In this document: one piece after another, positions 10,278 through 19,062 of the stretch
Layout of the letters: each line of letters begins with the position of its first letter
How positions within the stretch are numbered: position 1 is the stretch's first letter
DNA from: a virus
Taxonomy: Duplodnaviria > Caudoviricetes
Length of the DNA: 26,007 nucleotides
Virus record (IMG/VR): IMGVR_UViG_3300030095_002742
Coordinates: 1-26,007 of that record
Reading direction: 5' to 3' (one strand)
Notes under the pieces: generated by a model
The model's database searches: none
Seen by the model: the letters and a program-made list of their open reading frames with translations, nothing else
Told to the model about the DNA's origin: nothing
Translations under genes and position numbers: made by a program

Positions 10278-12892
10278 TAATCAAATGTCGTAACTCTTGC
10301 AAAAATTGCCAGCAATGTCATTGGCAGCGGTAAATCTTGCTGAACAACCACAAATGCGTCTTGGTCAAAACCAGATGGCATTTCTATTTCTTTGTCTCCC
10401 GTAAATAGCGGAATAGCGACATCCATAGCATCAGCCCCTGATCTAAATGAAATACGATCAAGCGTTGTCGTATCACCACCCACAAGGGCATTAACTGTTC
10501 TAAATAATCGAACGGTAACTTCATCAATCCTTTTGACCTTACCTTGCGCTGTGCCATCGGTTGAGCCAGCCTCTAATCTCATTGTCTGCAAAGTTGAATG
10601 ATATGGTAATCCAACGTGTGCTTTTGTTGCGGATCGATCTAATGATACAGCAGCGGATGACACTGTTTTAGATCCATGTGTTGCGCCATTAGCCAGGATA
10701 GATACGTGCTCACCTTCCAAATGACTAATAGAACTCAAACTGGTAGCAGCTGCTCCGTCATAAGATAAACCACTATCAACGTAAAATGCATCTTCTATGT
10801 CTTCACCAAAATCGAAATTCTTCAATTGCTCAACATATCTTTTTGTTGCACCGCCAATAGTTCTATTAACAATAACCCAAACTTCATCTTCATTGGCAGC
10901 TGGCATAACTGCAACGCTTTCAACTTTTGCAACAGCCTGGTCTGTTGTTGTAAGTCGTATTTTATCAGTTGATTTAACTGAAAGAAAACCAACGCCAGCT
11001 CGTGTAGTCTCGTAAATAGTCACAACATTTGCAGCTGGATTAGCTACAGTAAAATCAGCGTGTGCGTTTATCCTCGTAAAAATATTGTCAGCAGTTGTGT
11101 CATTACTTTCGTTTGGCCTAAAGCCTAAAGAAGTATCAGCTGGGTCTGATCCACCAGATTCTTCAGATGTAAATGTGACTGTTGTTCCGTCTGACTTTGT
11201 AAATTCTAACTTAGTTCCTACAGCAATATTTGCGAAATCAGTTACTGTAACTGTGCAATTACCACTAATACCGCCAATCGCATGTGTGTGCCAGGCCACA
11301 ACTTGTTCTTCTCTTCTATAGGTTAAACACGCTAAACGCCCGTCTTCACGAACACACCAGATAACAGAATCTGGCTCTTGCTGGTAAGCCATTTCAGTCA
11401 GACCAGATTCGGTCACATGTTCTGCAAGTATTGTTAAATCAGGCGCGACATAACTGTCAGTATCATAGCTATAAACAAGTTCACGTATTTTTCTAAGGGC
11501 TCTATGTAAAAATAAACTTGTATTACCAACTTGCACCGGCTGCACATCAGCAGAGCCAAATACTGATTGCTGCTTTATTTGAGCATTAGTAGGTGTTAGT
11601 GCTTCATCAGCCACACCAGCCCTTACAGCATGTTCACCGCCACTTGTTCCAACAATCAAAGTTCTGGAGCTTGCCAGGTATCGTATGACATTTACAAAGT
11701 TTGAACCAATTGTATATGTCAACGCTGAGTCAGGATCTGTGCCAGCATTAAAGTTTTCAAAATCACCGCCAACAGAAAAGAACAATGTTTGCGGTTGCGT
11801 CGATGTTCCAGCAAATACCAAGCGTTGCTCATAAAATGCAACAGCAGCTGGAAAGCCCGTGACGATTGAGAATGCACCAAGTGACCAGTTTGTATGAGCT
11901 TCAAGTGTTCCAGAAATTGTTATTGTATTACTTGCGCCTTCATCCGCAACATCATCTGATGGACTTAATAACAATGTGTCTTCCGTTACCTTTACTAACA
12001 GATATGTCGCATTATTGCCTGATGTACCAGCACCAGTAACCGTTATCTTACTGCCTGTTTTAAAACCTTGCTCTAAAAACTTTTTATCACTGTCAACAAT
12101 TCTGTCATTATGTTCAAGGTTAGTTGATGACGGATCGCCTTCTTTAAAACTGATGGTGTTAGATGCATAACTAGGTGTTAGTTCAGCAACAAAGTTATCG
12201 TTTTCTTGCACCGTTGCAACAGCAACAGTTGTTGAATTTATAGAAGTTATTTTTACATAACCATCATGTAATTTAATTAATCTGCCAATATCATTTGCTG
12301 TAAAACCATCTCCCCCATTAACAGCTGATACATTTGACGCTGTAATTGTCACCCCTGTGCCAGTGCGACCATTTGCTAATAATGTTACGTCAGTTGTGTT
12401 TTCATCTAAAAACGGGCCACGTTTGAAATCAACATCTGCTATTGTCCAGGCTGTATGACTTGTTCTGCTAATTTTGCGAACTGGATGTGACGGATGAACA
12501 ACATACATAACATCAGCTGATTGAGCGAATTTAAGTTGGGATAATTGTGATGTTGTATAAGTCGTCGTAACTTCAACAGCAGCTGACGGGCTGCCACTTA
12601 CAACTTGCCCACCATCTTTATAAACTCGAAAGTAATTATTACCAAACTCTAGCACGTAAGCTTGTTCGACATTAAACTGAAACGGTATTAACCGGCATTG
12701 CGCTGCACTTGATTTTACTTCCGCAATAAAGCGTGTGCCTGGTCTGCGTGTTGCACCACCATGAGGGTGAACTAAAAAATTCTCTAATGTTGAGCATCCA
12801 TTATAATACTTCGCAATATCGGTTCTGCCCCCCAATCTTGGGCTAAGAACACCGGATGTCCAGTTTGAAAATGCGTAGGTGGCTTTAGCCAT
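10277..12892 (-). CDS. Tail tubular protein B / nozzle (T7 gp12-like), 871 aa
   Basis: N-terminal NWTSGVLSPRLGGRTD..GGATRRPGT, FAQSADVM, FPAAVAFYEQRL, C-terminal QDLPLPMTLL. Confidence 0.9.
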   Translation of the reverse strand: MAKATYAFSNWTSGVLSPRLGGRTDIAKYYNGCSTLENFLVHPHGGATRRPGTRFIAEVKSSAAQCRLIPFQFNVEQAYVLEFGNNYFRVYKDGGQVVSGSPSAAVEVTTTYTTSQLSQLKFAQSADVMYVVHPSHPVRKISRTSHTAWTIADVDFKRGPFLDENTTDVTLLANGRTGTGVTITASNVSAVNGGDGFTANDIGRLIKLHDGYVKITSINSTTVAVATVQENDNFVAELTPSYASNTISFKEGDPSSTNLEHNDRIVDSDKKFLEQGFKTGSKITVTGAGTSGNNATYLLVKVTEDTLLLSPSDDVADEGASNTITISGTLEAHTNWSLGAFSIVTGFPAAVAFYEQRLVFAGTSTQPQTLFFSVGGDFENFNAGTDPDSALTYTIGSNFVNVIRYLASSRTLIVGTSGGEHAVRAGVADEALTPTNAQIKQQSVFGSADVQPVQVGNTSLFLHRALRKIRELVYSYDTDSYVAPDLTILAEHVTESGLTEMAYQQEPDSVIWCVREDGRLACLTYRREEQVVAWHTHAIGGISGNCTVTVTDFANIAVGTKLEFTKSDGTTVTFTSEESGGSDPADTSLGFRPNESNDTTADNIFTRINAHADFTVANPAANVVTIYETTRAGVGFLSVKSTDKIRLTTTDQAVAKVESVAVMPAANEDEVWVIVNRTIGGATKRYVEQLKNFDFGEDIEDAFYVDSGLSYDGAAATSLSSISHLEGEHVSILANGATHGSKTVSSAAVSLDRSATKAHVGLPYHSTLQTMRLEAGSTDGTAQGKVKRIDEVTVRLFRTVNALVGGDTTTLDRISFRSGADAMDVAIPLFTGDKEIEMPSGFDQDAFVVVQQDLPLPMTLLAIFARVTTFD

Positions 12893-12894
12893 TT

Positions 12895-13488
12895 TTAGTA
12901 CCGACTATTAATAAGAACATCGCTTTGCAGAGCTCCAGACGCTGCCACACCGTCATTTAACACAGCTGGAGTACCTTCAGACGCATCAACAAATCGTGCT
13001 TCTGATAGCTTCTCTGAATACAGTTGCCACATTGTTGGCGTGAGAGATGAACTGTTAGCTAAGTTGTAAGATATGTCAGCTGCTAGTCTGGCTGCAATCG
13101 CTTCAACCAGCAACATGTCATATTCATTTGGATCTTCAACTCTCGCTAAATAAACAAGATTAAGTGTGCCTTCATCAGTCATTATCTTACGTCCCTCAAC
13201 TTTAAAATCAATGTCATGGTAATCAAGATGAAGAACTCGTAGGCAATATGGATCTGTCGGAAGTGTGTATTGATACGCAAAGCTAAATGGCGGTGATTCA
13301 GAATCTGATGCTAGAGACGTTCTTGTGATTAAACAGTTCCAAGGGTGGGCTCTCATCACAGCATCCCTTACGTTTGCAAATCGCTGATTGCATACCCTGG
13401 CTGATTTACTGTCTTCTGTAAGCGCAATAATGTTTGTTGCACCAATCATGTTCAATGCTGAATTACAAATATCAACTATGCTTGTCAT
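12895..13488 (-). CDS. Tail tubular protein A / adaptor (T7 gp11-like), 197 aa
   Basis: VDICNSALNMIG, HPWNC, YQYTLP..CLRV motifs; position. Confidence 0.9.
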   Translation of the reverse strand: MTSIVDICNSALNMIGATNIIALTEDSKSARVCNQRFANVRDAVMRAHPWNCLITRTSLASDSESPPFSFAYQYTLPTDPYCLRVLHLDYHDIDFKVEGRKIMTDEGTLNLVYLARVEDPNEYDMLLVEAIAARLAADISYNLANSSSLTPTMWQLYSEKLSEARFVDASEGTPAVLNDGVAASGALQSDVLINSRY

Positions 13489-13900
13489 CTTTACCGCCTA
13501 AGAAAATAAGTAATACAGATCGTTTACCAATATGAGGTGTCACACGGTGCAACTGATCTGATGAATAAATTAATGCTGATAGATAATGCAAATGCTCTTC
13601 AAATGGTCTTTCAAATTGAAATAAACCACCAGAAAAATCATTTGTTAAAAGTACGCTGCAAGAATATTTACACCAAGGCATATGGTTTCCGTCACCAGTA
13701 TCATAATGCCAGTGATGACCATCTGATTTAGTTTCAATGATCGCATAACTGTGATCACTAACAACAGCGTTTAATGTTTGTGCAATAAGTAAATTAGTAA
13801 CCCTGGCAACTAACGGCAATTGAAACGATACACGCCCTTTATGAGCGCATAATTCTTGTGCTTCAACGGCTGTTAGTACACCAGGTATTACTTTTCGAAT
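13472..13900 (-). CDS. 2OG-Fe(II) oxygenase (prolyl-hydroxylase-like); probable start ATT at 13900 (142 aa) rather than TTG at 13819
   Basis: HxD (WHYD), FSGG, distal LHRVTP..R motif; frame extends upstream as IRKVIPGVLTAVEAQEL. Confidence 0.75.
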   Translation of the reverse strand: MRKVIPGVLTAVEAQELCAHKGRVSFQLPLVARVTNLLIAQTLNAVVSDHSYAIIETKSDGHHWHYDTGDGNHMPWCKYSCSVLLTNDFSGGLFQFERPFEEHLHYLSALIYSSDQLHRVTPHIGKRSVLLIFLGGKDDKHS

Positions 13901-13901
13901 G

Positions 13902-14405
13902 TTAGTCTACAATATAGGTAATAAGAAAAGACAGATCACCAGCTGTATCACCAGCTGCATCTGTTTCCAAACCTACAAAGTAGTGTCCACCAGGGTCAGA
14001 ACTTGCCCCAGCATCTTCCCAAACTCGCTGTCCCATCTTATTCACATTACGAGCTTCGAACGCAACTTCTGTTCCGGTAAGAACAGCAGCACGTAAGTCT
14101 GTCGTTGCACTAGCATAGGCATCAATATCGACAACAGTCGAATTACCGTCAGCTGTGTACAATCCAACATGCATCGTAACTGTTGAACCAGAATCAAGAT
14201 CATCATTAAAAATCTTAATTGATACAACAGACGCATTAGATGGAACTGGAGCAAGCATAATTGTATCGCCAGCCGATAGATCACCGGCAACGAGTGCAAT
14301 TGTACCACAAGCAACACGCATCCGACCGCCTAATTGGTAGGTTGGAGAGTGTACTCGTGGACTTGCTACATGGTTAGAAGCGAGGGTTTGATTTACATTA
14401 GCCAT
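13902..14405 (-). CDS. Capsid-associated (decoration/cement-like) protein, 167 aa
   Basis: Strong AGGAGG RBS, directly after the capsid gene, beta-rich small-residue composition. Confidence 0.55.
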   Translation of the reverse strand: MANVNQTLASNHVASPRVHSPTYQLGGRMRVACGTIALVAGDLSAGDTIMLAPVPSNASVVSIKIFNDDLDSGSTVTMHVGLYTADGNSTVVDIDAYASATTDLRAAVLTGTEVAFEARNVNKMGQRVWEDAGASSDPGGHYFVGLETDAAGDTAGDLSFLITYIVD

Positions 14406-14417
14406 AATTCATACCTC

Positions 14418-15104
14418 CTATTCGTTGCAAAGAATTTGGATAACTTTTTCTTCTTCCATTCTTGTTGCGCCAAACTGAGCAGAAACAAAAACTTGAGTTG
14501 AAAAAGATTTATCCGCACGTTCTTCAATACGGGTTACAAGGTCTTTACCGACAGCCAAGCAAATACCATCTTCGGCCCACGCAAATACTTTGCGATATGG
14601 GTCAGCAGATGCTTCTAATCGGTTCGATACAATAAATTCGAACCCCATGAAGCTTGAAACCGATCCAGACACTAAGGCACGGACAGTATTGAAATCTGCG
14701 CTAGTGACCGTAGTCGTATTTAACAAATCTTCAATCTGCTCTGGACTTACTGCAATGTAACGCTTGATCGATGGATCAACGTCAGCTGCATCAAGTGCTT
14801 TCTTGGCTTCAACTAATTTAGCAACTGTTAAACCAGCAGCTGGCGAACCTACGCCAACTTGTTGTGCTGATGCGACAGATACTGAAGTGCTTCCAGATTT
14901 ACCGGTTAGGGCTGTACCTAGAGCTGCACTTATTATCGCGTCATCCATTGCACGGCCTATTGCATAAGCAGCTGCATTAGCATAACTCGATGTTGGATCA
15001 ACAAGCATTCTAACCTTATCGGCATCGTCGATAAGATCAGCATATTCATAATGATCCATAGTAACCATTCTACGTGAATGGGGTGTGTCAGAGATTGGAG
15101 TATC
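14418..15104 (-). CDS. Major capsid protein, exon 2 (DTPISDTPHSRRMV...QILCNE, 228 aa)
   Basis: HK97-type capsid motifs YEYADLIDDADK, AIGRAMDD, FMGFEFIVSNRL, FGATRMEEEKV; joins exon 1 in frame to give 288 aa. Confidence 0.93.
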   Translation of the reverse strand, partial: DTPISDTPHSRRMVTMDHYEYADLIDDADKVRMLVDPTSSYANAAAYAIGRAMDDAIISAALGTALTGKSGSTSVSVASAQQVGVGSPAAGLTVAKLVEAKKALDAADVDPSIKRYIAVSPEQIEDLLNTTTVTSADFNTVRALVSGSVSSFMGFEFIVSNRLEASADPYRKVFAWAEDGICLAVGKDLVTRIEERADKSFSTQVFVSAQFGATRMEEEKVIQILCNE

Positions 15105-15372
15105 CAAAATTTCTTCAATAAAAGTCGCTAACTTTTATCCGCTGTATAACAAAACAGCTGCCGACAGTTTCTTGCCGGTCGAGACTATATCATAATCCAC
15201 TAGGGATTTCTGGCACTTCGGATCGCTTGATCCTACTCCCTCACGGGATAGTCGTTGAACCTTCCGTTTACACGGCTTGGCTGCTGATTGCCCTCGACTT
15301 TACGTTAGGGGTTCCCAGACAATTCACCAGATTCTCAGTTAAACTTCGCAGCTTAACGCTCCAATTTTGCTC
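15105..15372 (-). ncRNA. Group I self-splicing intron (IA2-like, ORF-less, 268 nt) in the major capsid gene
   Basis: 5' exon ends in U, intron ends in G. P AAUUGUCUGGGAAC, Q AAUCAGCAG, R GUUCAACGACUA, S AUGAUAUAGUC. P7 GACUA/UAGUC, P3 UCUGGU/GCCAGA, P1 CUCU/GGAG with U.G; P2, P5, P6a, P7.1, P7.2, P8, P9, P9.1, P9.2 all pair. Confidence 0.95.
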
Positions 15373-15552
15373 AGAGTGGCGCGATACCTTTTTCGTCGCT
15401 GTAGCCGAACCGACTTGATCGAAAAAGGCTTTCTCACCAGTAACACTTTCCTCTCTAACCGCACTTCGAAGCAACGAACCCTTTTGCTGTGAGAGCATCT
15501 GGATATTCGTCGCAAACTGCTGACTAAAAGCAGTAGTAATTTGAGTACTCAT
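15373..15552 (-). CDS. Major capsid protein, exon 1 (MSTQITTAFSQQF...KKVSRHS, 60 aa)
   Basis: AAGGAGG RBS; typical capsid N-terminus; exactly 180 nt to the splice site. Confidence 0.93.
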
Positions 15553-15591
15553 AAGAGAACCCTCCTTTGTTGCGATTAAAAAAAAGATGAA

Positions 15592-15701
15592 TAGGCTACC
15601 TACAGAATTGTAGACCCAGTTTTAGTTTTCCAGGGGCTCTCGCTTGTCCTGTTTTGATTTAGTCTGACGCTTTATCGATTGGGCTTTTGGCTTATCAATC
15701 G
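15592..15701 (-). promoter_or_regulatory. Three hairpins with a shared RYAR/Y 4x1 internal loop in the capsid leader
   Basis: CGAUUG-AUAA-GC-CAAAA-GC-C-CAAUCG; CAGG-ACAA-GC-GAGA-GC-C-CCUG; UGGG-U-CUACA-AUUC-UGUAG-GUAG-CCUA. Confidence 0.6.
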
Positions 15702-15819
15702 GTTTCATGCACCATTCTAAATTGCGTTGTGCTAACTCTAAAGGTTCTTTGATGCCGTTTATGGCAGCTGTCTCTAAAGTTAGCTTTAATACGTTAAATC
15801 TAAAGTCACGATCATCCAT
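15622..15819 (-). CDS. Small hypothetical protein between scaffold and capsid, 65 aa
   Basis: Overlaps scaffold stop; helical N-terminus; fills the operon gap. Confidence 0.6.
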   Translation of the reverse strand: MDDRDFRFNVLKLTLETAAINGIKEPLELAQRNLEWCMKPIDKPKAQSIKRQTKSKQDKREPLEN

Positions 15820-16639
15820 CTTCGAGAACCGTGTATTCCATAAGACGCGATACTTCTTTTACAAAATGATCATGCTGCGGATGTTTGTTATCCCAGTATG
15901 GCCCATCTTGGCGCATCAAATCATTAATCTGTGTTTGCGCTTCATCCGGTGTCATTACATTAGATGTTTTGTCACCAACAAGCGTATCTTCTCCAATATT
16001 AGTTTGAATGTAATTTGCAACATCAACTAATGTTTTAACGACTTGGGCATTGTCTCCAAGCAATGTGCCGTCCTCTAGTTTTATTTCTGTTATGCCTTTA
16101 CCGCCAAATTGCTCCAGCATATTATTTGCAGCTGTTATTCTGCTGTCAAAAGCTTGACCATATTCCTGGCGTAACTCTTTTTCTGCTTCCATTGCCTTGG
16201 CTGTCAGGTCAGCTTCATTTACTTCAACCTGTCCACCAGACATTTCACTGTAAGCATCAAATAGTTTTTGCGCTTGATTAGGTGTTAGCCCAATTTCATG
16301 TGCTGTGTTTTGATACCAGCCAACTAGATCAGCATCCGAATCTTCGCCAACATTTAGATTATATTGATCAGCTGCTTCCGGTCTGCCTAGCTTATCGTAG
16401 ACAGCTGACCAATCTTCGTCAGTTGCCCACTTGCCTGGTATAGCAATTTTGTCTGCCCCAATCATTGATTGTGCATTAACGTAACTCTTTGCTAATGCTC
16501 CCACATCGGGAATGGTGCTTAAACTTTGATTATCTCGAATATCTTCGGGCAGTGATGCCCTCCAATCTTGCTGGTCAGTCTCACCAGACGGCTGCGTTAC
16601 CTGTTCTTCAGACGCTTCCGCTACCTGTTCTTCTGCCAA
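15812..16639 (-). CDS. Capsid scaffolding/assembly protein, 275 aa
   Basis: Acidic; WRASLPED, LAKSY, YDKLGRPE, YWDNKHPQH motifs; AGGAG RBS before TTG; between portal and capsid. Confidence 0.85.
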   Translation of the reverse strand: MAEEQVAEASEEQVTQPSGETDQQDWRASLPEDIRDNQSLSTIPDVGALAKSYVNAQSMIGADKIAIPGKWATDEDWSAVYDKLGRPEAADQYNLNVGEDSDADLVGWYQNTAHEIGLTPNQAQKLFDAYSEMSGGQVEVNEADLTAKAMEAEKELRQEYGQAFDSRITAANNMLEQFGGKGITEIKLEDGTLLGDNAQVVKTLVDVANYIQTNIGEDTLVGDKTSNVMTPDEAQTQINDLMRQDGPYWDNKHPQHDHFVKEVSRLMEYTVLEDG

Positions 16640-16640
16640 A

Positions 16641-16868
16641 TTATTCTCCTACTGTTTGTTTCTCCTGGGCTTTACGATCCTGACATTGTTGGTTCAGGAA
16701 TAATACGACAGTCCTTTGCCCGTCACGGAATGCCGTTTCATAAGGGTCTTCAGAAAATACTGGTGACGCCACATGAAATCGTTTTGCCAAATCATCCATA
16801 ACAACTTTACCGTCATTGGATTCAAATATGGCTTTATATGATGCTCGAATATCATCAGCTGTTGTCAT
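16641..16868 (-). CDS. Bbp19-like small protein, 75 aa
   Basis: YKAIF..DGKVVMDDL..AFRDGQRTVV pattern; position after portal as in BPP-1-like phages. Confidence 0.75.
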   Translation of the reverse strand: MTTADDIRASYKAIFESNDGKVVMDDLAKRFHVASPVFSEDPYETAFRDGQRTVVLFLNQQCQDRKAQEKQTVGE

Positions 16869-18544
16869 ATTGCTTCCTCAATCTGCGCTTCAAGTTCTGC
16901 GTCTTCCGGTATTTCAGCCATCTCTTGTTGCGCTGCATCATTTGCAACAGCCAGTGCTGGTGCAGCCTTACCAGCTGCTTCAGCTTCCATCATTTGGTTT
17001 TGTTGTTGCGCTTGCTCCATTTGCTGAACTTGACGCTCATCACGTAGGTCTTCAATTTCTTCACTGCCCCGAACAACCGTTGCTGGCACACCCAGAATAT
17101 TAAGAACATGTTTTGCTAATCCATCATTGTCTATGTAATCAATAATATCTGGACTAATGCCCATCAATGGTTGCAGCATTTCAAGAAGTCGGACAACGGA
17201 TTGAACATCGCCATGCTTTTGTGCTTGGGCAAGAGGTGAAACATATTCAATCTCAATATCTGTGCCTTGCATAAAATCTGGTGTCTGTGGCAGCTGCTGG
17301 CGCAAAGATAAAAGATTATAAACACGTTTAATTAAAGGCTGAAGTAATTCAGCCTGAAGACGGCCTAGCACGGGGCCAAGCAATCTCATTTTTTCTTCAG
17401 TACGTTGGATGACTTCCGTAGCTGTCATCGTTGGCCCTTGTCCGGTGATCAGCTGGTCAACGTAGAATGCAGATCGAATAGCTTGTCTGCGCTGCTCTTC
17501 CATGTTTAGACCCAGCGGATTGTTTGCGCCAATGTTTAAGGGCTCAATACGATCCCGTGTGCCAGAACGATAAAAGTTTAAACCGCCAGGAACGGTGCGA
17601 ACATTGCCGATGAACCCGTCATCCGGAACCATAAGTGGTGGATCAACTTGTTTTTGCGCTGCTCTTATTGTGATTTCAGAAAATTTATTTAACATTTTCA
17701 CATCACTGAGAGCTGACATTCCGCAACTTCTGCCATAACCAAGTTCAAACGAGCTTTTAAGCCACCTTGGGACACAATATGGAAGCTCTCTGAAACCGCC
17801 TTCATGCAGCGTTATCTTTTCATCTTCATCAAAATAACAACTAGCAAACGCCATGTTGTCTGCCGTTCCCCTCATCGTATCACGTTCTGTTCGTGGGTAC
17901 ACAGCATGGGAAATTGTGACTTCATCATAAGGATCGCGCTCTGCAATCTTCTTAATCTTATCAGATATATTCTCAAATTTATTAACAGCAGATTGTGCGG
18001 TCATTTTAAAACGTCTAAATACTGTATCAACGCGACCATTTTCATCTTCTGATACAAAGCATTCAGATATATGCCGTGTAGAAAACCGAATATCATTCAT
18101 ATCATCGGCTTCAATAAACATTACGCCAGTACCGAATAATATTAAATCATCATAGAGCTCATGTATTTGCTCTTGAAAGTTTGACCTGGCAAATGCGTCA
18201 TACATAACAACTTCAGTGCTCTCCAGCCATTCTTTCGCCAGATCATCATCTTGCAGATCCCGATCTCTAAACTTCAGTGAAAACCAAGTTGTTGATGAAT
18301 TTGTCAGCATTCCATGTAGGGATGCAGCAAGAAGCTCCGCAGCGTGAATTGCTGTACCGTCAAATATAAGTTCTGCCCGTTTATCGCCAGGGGTTCGCTT
18401 CTTGGTTATGTCAGCTTTTCGAGGACGCATGTAATCTGCGACCTCTTGCCAATGGGATTCCCACGTTGAGCGTTGACTTTCAAGACGTTTGATTCGCCTG
18501 GAAAGTATTAACGCTTTATTATCTGTTGTATCAGGCATAGCCAC
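16865..18544 (-). CDS. Portal / head-to-tail connector (T7 gp8-like); start may be ATG at 18538
   Basis: WESHWQEVADY, YGRS, MTATEV..R.EEK..LGPVLGRL..ELL.PLI.R, IEYVSPLAQAQK. Confidence 0.95.
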   Translation of the reverse strand: MAMPDTTDNKALILSRRIKRLESQRSTWESHWQEVADYMRPRKADITKKRTPGDKRAELIFDGTAIHAAELLAASLHGMLTNSSTTWFSLKFRDRDLQDDDLAKEWLESTEVVMYDAFARSNFQEQIHELYDDLILFGTGVMFIEADDMNDIRFSTRHISECFVSEDENGRVDTVFRRFKMTAQSAVNKFENISDKIKKIAERDPYDEVTISHAVYPRTERDTMRGTADNMAFASCYFDEDEKITLHEGGFRELPYCVPRWLKSSFELGYGRSCGMSALSDVKMLNKFSEITIRAAQKQVDPPLMVPDDGFIGNVRTVPGGLNFYRSGTRDRIEPLNIGANNPLGLNMEEQRRQAIRSAFYVDQLITGQGPTMTATEVIQRTEEKMRLLGPVLGRLQAELLQPLIKRVYNLLSLRQQLPQTPDFMQGTDIEIEYVSPLAQAQKHGDVQSVVRLLEMLQPLMGISPDIIDYIDNDGLAKHVLNILGVPATVVRGSEEIEDLRDERQVQQMEQAQQQNQMMEAEAAGKAAPALAVANDAAQQEMAEIPEDAELEAQIEEAI

Positions 18545-18812
18545 CTAGCAAAGTTTTACGTGCTACTGGCGCAGCGGATTGATCACCGCCTGGTGCTGTC
18601 ATTGCAGTTTGGGTTCTGGCTCCTCTTCGTCTTCGTAACATGCTTGCTGATACATCATCATCACCAGCTCCCCCTGTTCCAGCTCCAACAGCCGTTTTTG
18701 GGCTTACCTTTACCGGCTCAACCACAGCTGCCCTTGGAGCTACTTTTGGTTCTGGTGCTGGTTTTGGCGCACCAGTAACTTTTCGAACAACTTTTGCAAC
18801 TGTACCGCCCAT
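18531..18812 (-). CDS. Small Pro/Ala-rich virion-associated protein, 93 aa
   Basis: AGGAG RBS; RRRRGA..T.MT.P.G..KTLLG C-terminus typical of pre-portal genes. Confidence 0.7.
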   Translation of the reverse strand: MGGTVAKVVRKVTGAPKPAPEPKVAPRAAVVEPVKVSPKTAVGAGTGGAGDDDVSASMLRRRRGARTQTAMTAPGGDQSAAPVARKTLLGGYA

Positions 18813-18834
18813 TTTAAAAACTCCTATTTAAAAA

Positions 18835-19062
18835 CTATTGTTGAGAACCAAGAAGGTGGGGAGTTGATACCGGCATCTGCTCTGGTAGCAATCCTCTTGG
18901 CCCTGTTAAAATTGTAGATGACACGCCCTTCTTTCTTCTCAAACGCTCTTTGGTTGTATCTTGTTCCTTAGAATCTACAGCTGCAACCGGTGCAATCGGA
19001 GCCGGTGGAGGCACAGCTGGCATTGGGGGTGGACTGGGTGCTTTTGGCATTAAAAAACTCAT
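18835..19062 (-). CDS. Small Pro-rich virion-associated protein, 75 aa
   Basis: 4-nt overlap with terL end; RRKKGVSSTILTGPRG..LLG C-terminus. Confidence 0.7.
   Translation of the reverse strand: MSFLMPKAPSPPPMPAVPPPAPIAPVAAVDSKEQDTTKERLRRKKGVSSTILTGPRGLLPEQMPVSTPHLLGSQQ

Noticed and set aside
15227-15418. 63-aa plus-strand ORF as intron-encoded homing endonuclease
   Set aside because: Antisense to the intron, overlaps the catalytic core, no HNH, GIY-YIG or LAGLIDADG motif
14418-15552. Capsid as two separate genes (94 aa and 229 aa) or a frameshifted pseudogene
   Set aside because: The 268-nt gap is a fully paired group I intron with canonical junctions; the TTG start at 15107 is just the intron's last three bases
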